A stretch of 64,000 nucleotides of DNA from the human T2T-CHM13v2.0 reference genome, Homo sapiens: assembly GCF_009914755.1 (NCBI RefSeq), contig NC_060937.1; one strand, 5' to 3'. The position numbers were made by a program, and so were the translations under genes. Shown here in pieces: positions 1 through 11,477 of this stretch; the stretch's first letter is position 1; each line of letters opens with the position of its first letter. The notes beneath the pieces were generated by a model, which did no database searches, had not been told where the DNA came from, and was given only the letters and a program-made list of their open reading frames with translations.

Positions 1-279
1 TGTTGTAATTGTCAATTTACAATATTTTTCTCCAATCCATGATGTCTAAGAGCTTGTCTTCTGAACCATTAATGTGAATAGAGATACCCAATTTTTACAA
101 AAGTATTTTTGTTTTAATTTTCACATTGATATCAATAATGCAATTGATGTGGTGATTAAGAAATAGTATAGTGTTATAAAGTAGGTGAAACATCTGGTAT
201 TTTTATATGATGCTGTTGTTATGTAATTTGGCACAACACATTTAGACAAAATATTTGGTGGTTTCTGCTAGGGCTGAAA

Positions 280-1670
280 TATCATATTACCCAGTGGTTG
301 TACTCCTAGGTACATATTTCCACAAAAACATGTCTATATGTTTACAAAAGACATGTACAATAATATTAGTAGCATAACCAGTCCTAATAGCCTTCTTAAA
401 GATTGGAAAAAAAAAAGTGGTTTCTTTCCCACTCTCTACTGTCACACAGTCACCCAATGCTTTTGACACTAGATATATGGGTATCCTCCACTATGCCCCA
501 ACAAACCAAGCAATTTTCCAGAAGATTTTCCAGTGGACACCAACTGGGTGTCCTCAAATTCAATTCTGAGACTACCTGGAGACAGCATCAGGTCCTACCG
601 GTAAAGGGCTCAGTTTCACAAGACTGCCTCCCATTTCAGATACCATTTGCAAACACAGGTGGTGACCCATGCTTTCTACTGACTGATTAGACTGATTATA
701 AATCAGAGTTCCACAACCCTCTCCGTGGATTTGATTAATTTGCTAGCATGGCTCACTAGAGCTCAGGGAAATACTTTCCTTATACTTATCAGTTTATTAG
801 TAAGAAATACATAAAGGAAACATAAAAGCAGCAAGGCGAAGAGACACATAGGACAAGATATATGGGAAACGACACAGAGCTTCGATGCCTGTACCCTAAG
901 GAACCTCCACATGTTCATCTATGGAAGGCCATTTGGATCCCATCCCTTTGGGTTTTTATGGAGGCTTCATTACATAGACATGATTGATTATATCATTGTC
1001 CATTGATTATAAATTCAACTTTTAGCCCATTTTTTTCTCTCTGGAGTTCAGGGGCTGGGGCTAAAAGTTCCAACCCTCTTATCACATGTTCCTCTGTCAA
1101 CTAGTCCCCAGCTTGAAGCTTTTCAGGAGCCCAGCAAGATTTGCTTCACTACAAGAGATGTTCCAATCAGGCCAGAAAATTCCAAGGGATGTAGAAGTTT
1201 TGTACCAGGAATCAGGGTGAAGGAGCACATATTAGAACAAAACATTATCTGAGCACCTCTATTTACAAGGGTATTGGTTGCTCAATAACTGGGACAGAGA
1301 CCAAACATTAAAATAGAAGATTCTTCTAGCACTCCTGTAGCTCAGGAAATTACAAAGTTTTAGGAGCTCTGTGTCAACTACTCAGGACAGAGACCAATAT
1401 ATATATTTATTGTTATTTCACAAGCCCCAAACTAAAAACAAAATATTCTTCAATGTTCGAATGATTAAACAAATTGTGTAGTTATTATGCAACTTTGAGG
1501 ATCAACAAAGTAATACCACATGTAATACCATCAGTCAATTTCAAAAACTTAATATTGAGCAAAAGAATCCCGACACGAAACAGATTATATTGTAGGTTGG
1601 TGTGAGGAAAAAAAGGCAGAAACAATTGATGACATTAGAAATCAGGATAATAATATTATCTATGAAGGAG
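280..1670 (+). mobile_element. Old L1 (L1M-type) 3' region fragment, split by an LTR at 393-1422
   Basis: L1-like 'tactcctaggtacatattt...acatgtacaa...taatagcc' resumes as 'agccccaaactaaaaac...aaacaaattgtg' after the LTR. Confidence 0.55.
393..1422 (-). mobile_element. MER21-family solo LTR
   Basis: Reverse strand begins TGTGAAATAAC...ATATATATTGGTCTCTGTCC; internal repeated 'ggacagagaccaa' blocks typical of MER21; 4-bp TSD agcc at 389-392 and 1423-1426. Confidence 0.7.
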
Positions 1671-1674
1671 ATTC

Positions 1675-2320
1675 CTATTGACCTAAAGTTTGTATTCTTC
1701 CAAAATTCACAGGTTGAAGACTGAATCCCCAATGTGTGGGGTATTCTGAGGTGGCGACTTTGGGAGATAATTGGGTCTTGAAGTTGGAGCCCTTATGAAT
1801 GAGATTAGAGCTTTTATAAGTGAAGAGAGCAGAGCTTGCTCTCTTTGTGTGTCATGTGAAGATACAAAGAGAATACAGCCATCTATTAAGACAGAGCAGG
1901 GCCTTCACCAAGAATCCATCTACACTGACAACCTGATCTCAGATTTCCAGTCACAGGAACTGTGAGGAATAATTCTTTTTTTTTTTTTTTTAAGACAGAG
2001 TCTTGCTCTGTCACCCAGGCTGGAGTGCAATAGTGCAGTCTTGACTCACTGCAACCTCCTCCTCCCGGGTTCAAGTGATTTTCATGCCTCAGCCTCCTGA
2101 GTAGCTGGGACTATAGGCACATGCCACCATAGCCTGCTAATTTTTGTATTTTTAGTAGAGACGGGGTTTCACTATGTTGGCCAGGCTGGTCTCAAACTCC
2201 TGACCTCATGATCCGACCACCTCAGCCTCCCAAAGTGCTGGAATTACAGGTGTGAGCCACTGCCCCCGGCTGAGAAATAATTTTTGTTGTTGTTGAAGCC
2301 ACCCAATGTATGGTAATCCT
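1675..2320 (+). mobile_element. MaLR MLT1A-type LTR interrupted by an Alu
   Basis: 'ccaaaattcacaggttgaag...ccccaatgtg...ctgatctcagatttccag...gaactgtgaggaataa' then 'ttgttgaagccaccc' after the Alu. Confidence 0.75.
1977..2271 (-). mobile_element. AluS element
   Basis: Full dimeric Alu in reverse with poly-T; TSD tgag(g/a)aataatt on both sides. Confidence 0.95.
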
Positions 2321-3440
2321 AGAAAATATGAAATGTTTGTGGATTGATATATATGAAAGAAACCAATTTTCCCCAAATTTATCTGAAGGTATATTATATC
2401 ACCGCAATATTCTACAGGCATTTTGGTTTGTTTCTAATCTTTATAAATTTAAAAATGGCTTTCCTTTTGAGACATAGCTTTTGGCTGGCCACTGGGCCTT
2501 AGAAACTAAATATTTGACTATGGGCCATCAAGTTACCAGACAGCCTGAGATGTCCATAATGAACTGGGTGATATCTGACCTACTAAGCCATAATTGGGAA
2601 TGCACATAAAACAACAACAACAACAACAAAAAAAAACAGAAATAGTATACAAGTAGCCATGTCTGAGTAGGCCCTGAACGCACAAATTGCATAAAGTGGC
2701 TCAAATGCCCATGGTCCCCACTCCTGCTATGCTGTCTTTTCTTTTGCAAAACAGAAAGGCCTGCATCACTGGCCTTGTGGAGAATTCTTTACATTCAATT
2801 GACAAACAAAGAGAAGACTACAGCCTGATTTACAAATAACTGTGCATAATATTCAGGCTGCCCTCAAAGTGGACAGCAAGAGCAGGACAACCCCTTTCTG
2901 AGAAATCCCTGAAGGACAATGGTGAATATGTGATTATATATTAAATCACAGGCTGTAGTCAGTGTTTTAGCTGGATGGGCAAGTAGTTGAAAGGAACACC
3001 ACTGGAAAATTGGTGACAAAGAAAAACAAGGAAGAGGTAGGTGGATAGACCCCTGTAAATGGGCAAAAAACATGAAGATGTTTGTGTGTCATGTGAATGT
3101 TCACCAAAGTGTGACCTCAGCAGGTGGGGATTTTAATAATCAAGTGGATAGGATGATTTGTTCTGCAAATACCTGTCAGCCTCTTTTCCCCAATGACCAC
3201 TGTTAGCCAATAGGCTCATGAACAAAGTGGCCACAGTGTCAATAATAGAGGTTATTCGTTGGCACAGTGGCATGAACTTCTCACAAAGGCCAACGTGGCT
3301 ATGGCCACCACTAAGCACCCAGTCAGCCAGAAGCAGAGACCAACACTGAGCCCCCAAGAGGACATCATTTCCTATGTGACCAGTCAGTTACCTGGTGGCA
3401 GCTTGATTACACTGAACTACATCCATCATGGAATGGGCAG

Positions 3441-3970
3441 AGTGATGATTAATATTAAATGTCAACTTGATTGGATTGAAGGATGCAAAGTATTCTTGCT
3501 GGGTGTGTCTGTGAGGGTGTTACCAAAGGATATTAACATTTGAATCAGTGGGAGAGGCAGAACCACCCTCAATCTAGGTGGGTACCATCTAATCAGCTGC
3601 CATCACAGCTAGAATAAAAGCAGGCAGAAGAACATGAAGGACTTGACTTGCTGAGTATTCCAGCCTTCTTCTTTCTCTCATGCTGGATGTTTCCCACCTG
3701 CAAACATCAGACTCCAACTCCCTCAGCCTTTGGACACTTGGACTTACACCAGGGGTTTGCCAGGGCCTCTCAGATCTTTGGCCACAATCTGAAGATTCCA
3801 CTGTCGGCTTCCCCACTTTTGAGATTTGGGGACTCACACTGGCTTCCTTGCTCCTCAACTTGTAGATGGCTTATTGTGGGAATTTACCTTGTGACAATGT
3901 GAGTCGATAGACTCCCTTTTGTATATAAATCTATGCTATTAGTTCTGTCCCTCTAGAGAACCCTAATACA
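3441..3970 (+). mobile_element. MLT2A solo LTR (HERV-L LTR)
   Basis: Starts '(a)gtgatgattaatattaaatgtcaacttgattggattgaaggatgcaaagtatt', ends 'ctagagaaccctaataca'; 5-bp TSD ggcag/ggtag. Confidence 0.9.
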
Positions 3971-4671
3971 GGTAGTGTTTGCTGTTACTGGAATAGATAC
4001 ACTTTCTCTGGATACATACTTGCCTTCCCTGTACATATTGCTTCTGCTAAACCTACCATTCACAGACTAAGAGAATGCCTTATCCTTCATTATGCTATTC
4101 CACACAGCATAGCTCCTAGCAATGAACTCACTTCACAGCCAAAGAAGTGCAGCATTGTGTCCATGCTCATCATTGAATTCACTGGGCTCACCATGTTCAC
4201 CATACTGAAACATCTGACTTGATTAAGTGGTGGAATGTCCTTCTGAAGACTTGGTTACAGCACGAGTTAGGTAGCAATAACTTGCAGAATGGAAACTAGA
4301 TTCAAATTTTTTTTTGCTCTGAATTTGTGTCTAATATTTTGTACTGTATTTTTGATAGCCAGAACTCATGGATCCAAGAATCAAGGGGTGAAAATGGGAG
4401 TAGCATCATTTATTGTAACCTCTAGTAACCCACCAGCAATTTTTTTTTGCTTTCTGTTTCCACTACATTATGCTCTGCTGGCCTGAAGAGCTTAGTTCCC
4501 CAGTGAGAAATGATTACTGCAAGAGACACAACAATGCTTCAATTGAACTGGATGTTAAGAATCACAATCAGTCATTTTGAGCTCCTGATGCCTCTGAATC
4601 AACAAGGAAAGAAGAGAGTTTTGGTGTTGATTGAGGTGACTGATTCTGACTCTAAGGGGAAATTGGACTAT

Positions 4672-5088
4672 TGGCTACGGTTTGAATATGTATTCCAAAG
4701 TTTATGTGTTAGAAAATTAATCCCCAATGCAGTGGTGTTGAAAAGTAGGACCTTTAAAAGGTGATTAGGTAATGAGGGCTCTACTCTCATGAACTACGTT
4801 AATATTGTTATCATGGGAGTGGGTTAGTCAGCATGGAAGTGGTTTCCTGATAAAAGGATGAGTTCAACTCCCTTCTCCCTCCTCTGTCATTCTTGAACAT
4901 GTGCTCTCTTGCACTTATCCTTCCACCAGGACATGACACAGCAAAAGGGCTCTCACCAGATGCTGAGCAGACCCAAGCGCCATGCTCTTTTGGACTTCTC
5001 AGTCTCCAGAACCATGATCCAAATAAATTTCTATTGTTTATTATCAAATCTGTGGTATTATTATAGCAACACAAAATGGACTAAGATA
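4672..5088 (+). mobile_element. MaLR solo LTR (MST/MLT1A type)
   Basis: 'ggtttgaatatgt...aatccccaatgcag...ggacttctcagtctccagaacc...aaataaatttc...atagcaacacaaaatggactaagata'. Confidence 0.8.
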
Positions 5089-5822
5089 TTATTACTTCAC
5101 AGTGGAGGTAAGGAAGGGTATGTCTGAGATATAGTATCAGATATATCTTAGAGCATCTCTTAGTATTACCAAGCTATGTAATTAAAGTCAGTGAAAAACT
5201 GCAACAAAACAATCTAGAAAGGACTATTAATAGCACAGATTCTTCAGGAATGAAGGGTTTTTTTTCCTACCACACAGGTAAAGAATCATGACCAGCTGAA
5301 ATGCTTAATGAAAACAAAATGAATATAGAATAGGCATTAGACAAATGTAGTTATAAATCCTATGTTTATGCACAGCTACAACTATGTAACTGGCTCCAGA
5401 AATAGTTTATCATAAAATTTTCTCCTTATTTTGTTATGAATATGTTTGTGTGTATATGTATTAATACATATATTAATCAAATATCTTTTTTTAGTCTTAT
5501 TCACTTACCATGTAACATAAAGTGTTAGCTTTATACTGGTGTGTAAGTCCAGTAGTTCAATGCTTAACCACGAATATATGTTCTGAGAAATGTGTCCTTA
5601 GGTGAGTTCTTTGCTGTATGCACATGATAGAATGTACTTTAAGAAACCTAGATGCTATAGTCTACTACACACCTAGGCTATATGGTATAGCCTATCACCC
5701 GTAGGCTACAAGCCTGTGCAACGTGTTACCATACTAAATACTGTAAGCAATTGTAACACAATGGTATTTGTGTATCTAAACATGCTTAAACATAGAAAAG
5801 CAATAAAAATAGAGTATAAAAG

Positions 5823-6412
5823 TGTAAACCGAAAAGCATCTGAAACAAGTCTCAATCAATTTTGACCGTTTATTTTGCCTGGGTTGAAGACCTGCCTGTG
5901 TGATACAGCCTCAGGAGGTCCTGACAACATGTACCCAAAGTGGTCAGGGTACAGCTTGCTTTTTACATTTTAGAGAGCCATAATACATCAATCAATACAT
6001 ATAATATTTACATTGGTTTGATATGGAAGGGTGAGGCAGCTGAAAGTGGGGGCTTCCAGGTCATAGGTATATTTAAACATATTCTGATTAGTAATTGATT
6101 GAAAGAGTTATTATCAGTAGAAAGAAGTGTCTGGGTTAAAATAAGGGATTGTGGAGACCTTGGTTTTATCATGCACAAGCGGCCTCCAAGAAGCAGGCTT
6201 TAGAGAGAATAGACTGTTAATTAAATGTTTCTTATTAGGTTTAAGGTCTGTGTTGATGTTAATGCTGGATGGGGTATAATAAGGCCTGTCTGACCCCTAC
6301 TTTCTGTCATGGCCTGAACCAGTCTTTCAAGTTAAATTTTAGAGTGCCCTGACCAAGGAAAGAGACCATATAGAATGGTTTGGTGGTCTTTAAATATTAT
6401 TTTTGGTTTACA
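5823..6412 (-). mobile_element. ERV1 MER4-family solo LTR
   Basis: TG...CA termini (tgtaaaccg / ggtttaca); MER4-like 'cagcctcaggaggtcctgac'; TSD aaag on both sides. Confidence 0.85.
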
Positions 6413-6995
6413 AAAGATAAAAAATGATACACCTGTATAGGGCACTTCTGAATGTAGCTTGCAAGACTGGAAGTTGCTCTGGGTGAGTGATTGAGTAGTG
6501 AGTGAATGTGAAGGCCTAGAACATTACTGTACACTACCATAGACCTTATAAACACACTTAGGCTAAACTAAACTTACTTAAACATTTTTCTTTCTTCTAT
6601 AATAAATTGACCTCCGCTTACCATAACTATTTGATTTCATAAACTTTTTTATTCTTTCAAACTTTTCAACTCTCAGAATAACATTTAGCTTACAACACAA
6701 ACACATCGTATAGCTATAAAAACCTATTTTTGATATTCTTATTCTATAAGCATTTTTCTATTTTTAAAATTTTATTTTTCTTCTCTTTTAACATTGTTGT
6801 TAAAAACCAAGACACAACCACACACAATAGTCTGGGCCTACACAGTGCCAGGATCATCAATATTTTCACCTCCACATTTTGTCCCATGGGAAGGTCTTTA
6901 TGAGCAATAACATGCATGGAGTTGGCATCTCCTATACTAACAATGCCTTCTTCTAGAATACTTGCTGAAGGAACTGCCTGGTACTGTTTTGCAGT

Positions 6996-7393
6996 TGTCA
7001 AAAGTAAAACTTTAGCCAAATTAAATTTAGAAGAGTTTAATTGAGCAAAGAATGATTCATGAATCAGGCATCCTCCCGAGCCAGATGAGGCTCAGGAACT
7101 CCATGCAGCCATGTGGTGGAAGAGAATTTATGGACAGAAAAGGAAAGTAAAGCACAGAAAATGGAAGTGAGGTACAGAAACAGCTGGATTGGCTATACCT
7201 CAGTGTTTGTCTTATTGGAACACGATTTGAACAGTTGGCCACATTGGATTGGCTAAAACTCAGTGATTGGCACAAGAGTAGATCACAGTCTGTTTACATT
7301 CCATTTAGGCTATAGTTCGAGATCTACAGAGAAATCTTTAAGCTGAACTTAAAATATGTAAGAAGGCAGCTTTAAGCTAAACTTGATTTAACA
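6996..7393 (-). mobile_element. ERV1 MER57-family solo LTR
   Basis: Reverse strand starts TGTTAAATCAAGTTTAGCTTAAAGCTGCCTTCTTACATATTTTAAGTTC; perfect TSD cagt at 6992-6995 and 7394-7397. Confidence 0.85.
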
Positions 7394-7859
7394 CAGTCAA
7401 TTTTTTCATTAGTAACAGGCACACAATTTAAAATAATGATATAAAGAATATTATAGTATATACATAAACCAATAACATAGTCATTTATTATAATTATCAA
7501 GTATTAGGCACAGTACATAATTGTACATGCTATACCATTTACTGCTGGCAAGACAGAAGGTTTGTTTATACCAGCATCACTACAAACATGTAAGTAATGT
7601 ATTGTGCTTGAAGTTACTATGGCTACAATGGCACTAGGCAATCAGAAATGTTTAGTTCCATTATGAACTTATGAGATCATGACTCTATACCTGGTTTGTT
7701 ATTGACCAAAACATTATTATATGGTGTATGACTGCAATAGTATATAAAAGATAACAAAGTATGTTAAAAAAAAAAAACCTCTGTTTATGAAGTAAAAGAT
7801 AATATCAAAATATATTTAAAATAATAACATAGAAAGTTTATGACTTGTTTGTGAATTAG

Positions 7860-8195
7860 TGGAAGCATTAAGTAAAAGAGGTCAATTTTCTCCAAATTTA
7901 TTCAAAGAGATGTTATCTCAATAAAATTATCTATAGGCATTCTTGTTTTTATTTTTGTGAATGGTGAAAACTGAAAACCACATATAAGTATATGTAAATT
8001 AAAATTTTCATATATATTAAAATATATGTAAATATATGCAAAATTAAATAAAAAGCCAGGGAACTCTTGAAGGACAACTCAAGAGCACTTGCTCTAGCAG
8101 ATATAATAAAGTATAATGAAAACTGCAGCAATTAAACCAAGGCACTATTATAGACCAACAGGGTAAATTAAGGTCAGAAACAATCTTACATGTAT
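7860..8195 (+). mobile_element. Old L1 ORF2 fragment
   Basis: 'gtcaattttctccaaattta...tatagaccaac' L1-like, highly degraded. Confidence 0.45.
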
Positions 8196-8197
8196 AC

Positions 8198-9492
8198 TGT
8201 TGGGAAAATATAATTAAACTGAAATCTTCTTCTAACCCAGAAACTCCATAAAGGTAAAAAAGAAAGAATATAATTCTAATATTAATTAACCATTAAACTA
8301 TAATGTGATGCACGTCATAGGCAATCTACTAAGAGAAGGCAGAGACAAATAAAAATCTCTTCTTTACATAACCAAACAGAATGCAACCCACTTGTGATAA
8401 GTAACTTAATGTATGAACTTGACTGAGCCAAAAGGTTCCCAGACATTTGGTAAAACATGATTTTAGCTGTGTCCGTGGATGTGTTAATCTGGATGAGATT
8501 AACATTTGAATTAGTAGATTTAGTAAATCAGCTTGCCCTCCCTAAGGTGTGTAGGTCCCATTAAACCAGTAAGGCTTTAATATAATGAACCAGTAAGGCT
8601 TTAATATAACAAATCAGAATATAGCAAAAAGGGTGACCTTCACACCAGTAAGAGGAAACTCCTCCTGCTTCACTGCCTTTAAGCTGGTGCATAATTTTGG
8701 TTTGTTTGTTTGTTTCTCATGCATTCTGACTGGAACTAAAGCATCAGCTCTTCCTGGGTCTTGAGCCTGCCAGCATTCAGACTGAAACTAGATCATCAAT
8801 TCTCCTGGTTCTCCAGACTTCAGTCTTAGACTATAACTACAACATCATCTCTCCTGGGTCTTCAACTTGCCCGATACACATCTTGGGACTTGTTACCTCA
8901 CATATCACATGAGCCAATTCCTTATAATATGTCTTTCCATATATTGATTATATTTCTGTGAAGAACTCTGGCTAATACACCACAATATACATATTCTCAA
9001 GATACAAAAATAACTATTCTTCTATAAGAGAACTTGACAGCACCATTTGTCACACATAGCTTTTTCTAAACTCATTTAGTTGTTGGAGTGCCCATCTATG
9101 TTAGTTATTTGGCTTTATCCAGAGGAAAATAAACTTCTCATATCTTTTATGACAAGTTGGTAGTTTTGCAATGTGGAGTGAGGTGCCAGCTGAAGTTATG
9201 CTCTTACCCTCCCACAGAAACTTGGAGATAAGGACACTGTCTTCCTTGATGTTTCTGTATCAAAGAGACGGTTCCTAGGCCTTTGAGAAAAACAGTCGAG
9301 CGTCTTAAAGCTGGCAAGAGGTTTATTTAGCTATTGAAAAAATTTACATATACTTCAAACAGACAAAGAAAAATCTTAAAACTACAAATTTTTACAGTAA
9401 GTGCTCTAAGAACAGGGAGGGGTGAAAGTATCTTCCCTTATTTTCAAGAAGAAAGATTAAGCCTTCATTTTTTATTTGTATTTGCCCTTACA
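8198..9492 (-). mobile_element. ERV1 LTR (MER34-like), split by an MLT2 LTR
   Basis: tgttgggaaa...gcccttaca termini; sequence is continuous across the MLT2 insertion. Confidence 0.6.
8393..8979 (+). mobile_element. MLT2 (C/D-type) solo LTR
   Basis: 'tgtgataagt..aacttgactgagcc...ggatgagattaacatttgaat...tgagccaattccttataat...ctggctaataca'; TSD ccact/ccaca. Confidence 0.85.
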
Positions 9493-10164
9493 ATCTCCTT
9501 CCTGTGATATCAAGGAATAATGATGTTATAATTATCTAATTGCTTCTACCTTTTGGGGTGAAAGTTGCAGGAGTCTAAATATCCAGTAAGTCCATAGTAA
9601 AATAGAAAAGCAATTATCAGAATTATGATAGAATAACAGAATTGCTATTTTTTAAAGTCAGCACATTATTTGCATCAGAGAGATAACTTTTGAATTTACC
9701 ATACCAAAAAACCCAACAAATCATAATCCTAGCAATGTATAAAACGTTTTAGTCAAATATTAATTTGTCATGTTTGTATTGTTTAAATTTTAAATAATTA
9801 GCAATTTAAATCTTATTGTTAGTTTTACGTAAATCCTTACCCAATCCAAGCCTAAACAGGATCTTAAATTCTGGAAGCCTATAACCTTTAATAAAGGGTT
9901 TTACTTGCAAGGCCTAAAGAATGTCTCCTGAGTGTTAGTCTATCACATATCATTACATCAGCATGACAATTTAAGCCCTTTAGTAATTGGTCTTCTTAAG
10001 TAATTTTGCCCAGTTGTGAAATGCCAGACATCCTGGCAGGCATCCAGTATCAAAGTCTTATAATAAAGCACCCATTGAAAGGTACTGATTGAACTTCTGA
10101 TGTTTAATGCATATAGCTCTAATTGTTTTAAGTCTGGAGGACACATCTGCCTTTTATCTTTATT

Positions 10165-10240
10165 GTATTATGTTGTATGGCATTACATCATAGTGTAGTG
10201 TAGCATAGTGTAGTGTAGTGTTGTGTTGTGTAGTGTGTTT
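10165..10240. repeat. Degenerate pentamer simple repeat (GTAGT/GTGTT)n
   Basis: Visible 5-bp periodicity. Confidence 0.75.
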
Positions 10241-10397
10241 ACATTGGACCTAAATATATAATTACACCATTAAAACAGTTAAAACTTTTGTGAATAACAA
10301 GCATCCACCTTTGTTTATCTATCTATACTGGGACAGGAGAGAATTTGCGTCTCAAAGCTCTTTGAGCAATATAAGACCTGTCTTGTACTCTATACAT

Positions 10398-10932
10398 TGT
10401 AGGGATCACAGGAAAACCTTCCCTTAACCATCTAATGGTTCACTGAAAAATCAACTGACAAAAGGCAGATTAATAAAAGGAAAGACATATAAAGACAAAG
10501 TGGGGAGGAATCACAGAATGATTACCACAACCTCTCAAAGGGGATGCAGAAGTTTATACAATATTGAGGTTACAGAAAGATGAGAGTTTACATCATGACA
10601 AAACAGATTATGGGAAGGGGAGAAAGATGAGACCTGGCTGGAAAAGGTAGTCTTTTTATGTCAATGAAACCTCTCTTGGTGGCAGCCCTGAGAGACAATA
10701 GATGATCAATGGTTTCTCAGACCTTTAAAAGTGTCAGACTTTCAGTTAATATTCCTAAACTCACACAAAGGAAGACCTGGCTGTGTCAATCAGATTTTCA
10801 CTACAGATGCAAATCTACCCCACAAAATACAGGTTTTTAGCTATTCTTGTATTTCCAGCCAATCGGAATAACTATCTTAAACAATGTCAAGGCAATAACA
10901 TATTTTGAGGTAAAATATTTTTGTTTCTTTCA
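10398..10932 (-). mobile_element. ERV1 solo LTR (MER39/LTR48-like)
   Basis: 'tgtaggg...aatcaactgacaaaaggcagattaata...cagacctttaaaagtgtcagact...gtaaaatatttttgtttctttca'. Confidence 0.65.
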
Positions 10933-11477
10933 CTGTAATTAGCAGATTTCTACTTGTCTATTACTCGTATTTGTATGTTTTTTTATCCCCCACAAGTCTT
11001 CCAATCAAACCAGTTACCAAAATATTTTTGTATCAAATTTAGGGCTTGAGTGCCTAATGCATATCAATTACTTTTACTTTGTTATTATCAAATGTAACAA
11101 TGGATATGGTTCCTACTTTTACTTTTTGGATAATCAGAATTTTTAAGTTGTTAAAATATGCCCCTGGCCAACAGAAAAAATGGACTCCCCAAGTGTATCA
11201 GCCCATTCTTGCATTGCTATAAAGAAATACCTGAGGCTCACAGTTCTGCAGACTGCACAGAAAGCATAGCAGCTTCTTCTGGAGAGGCCTCAAGAAACTG
11301 ATAATCAAGGCAGAAGATGAAGAATAAGCAGTCATGCCTTACATGGGTGGAGCAGAAGACAGAAAGAGATGGGGGAGGTACCACACACTTTTAAACAACC
11401 AGATCTCATGAGAACTCACTCATTTTACAGTACTACTGGGGTGGTGGTGCTAAATCATTCATGAAAACTCCATCCCA

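Larger units (their letters stand above)
2455..5400 (+). mobile_element. Degraded ERVL-type internal region (RNase H, integrase, dUTPase), broken by two later LTR insertions
   Basis: ORF 3259-3543 (AQWHELLTKANVAMAT...QKQRPTLSP) resembles the ERVL integrase Zn-finger region; ORF 4510-4764 (DTTMLQLNWMLR..HFELLMPLNQQGKKRVLVL) resembles ERVL dUTPase; many stops and frameshifts. Confidence 0.85.
5550..7735 (+). mobile_element. Tigger3/Golem-family DNA transposon (Tigger3b-like), interrupted by two ERV1 LTRs
   Basis: 'gcttaaccacg...gttctgagaaatgtgtc..tagg...acctagatgctatagtctactacacacctaggctatatggtatagcctat' and terminal 'gttattgaccaaaac...atgactg'. Confidence 0.85.

Noticed and set aside
1150-1420. 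Internal direct repeats (ggacagagaccaa blocks)
   Set aside because: Consistent with the intrinsic repeated structure of MER21-family LTRs.
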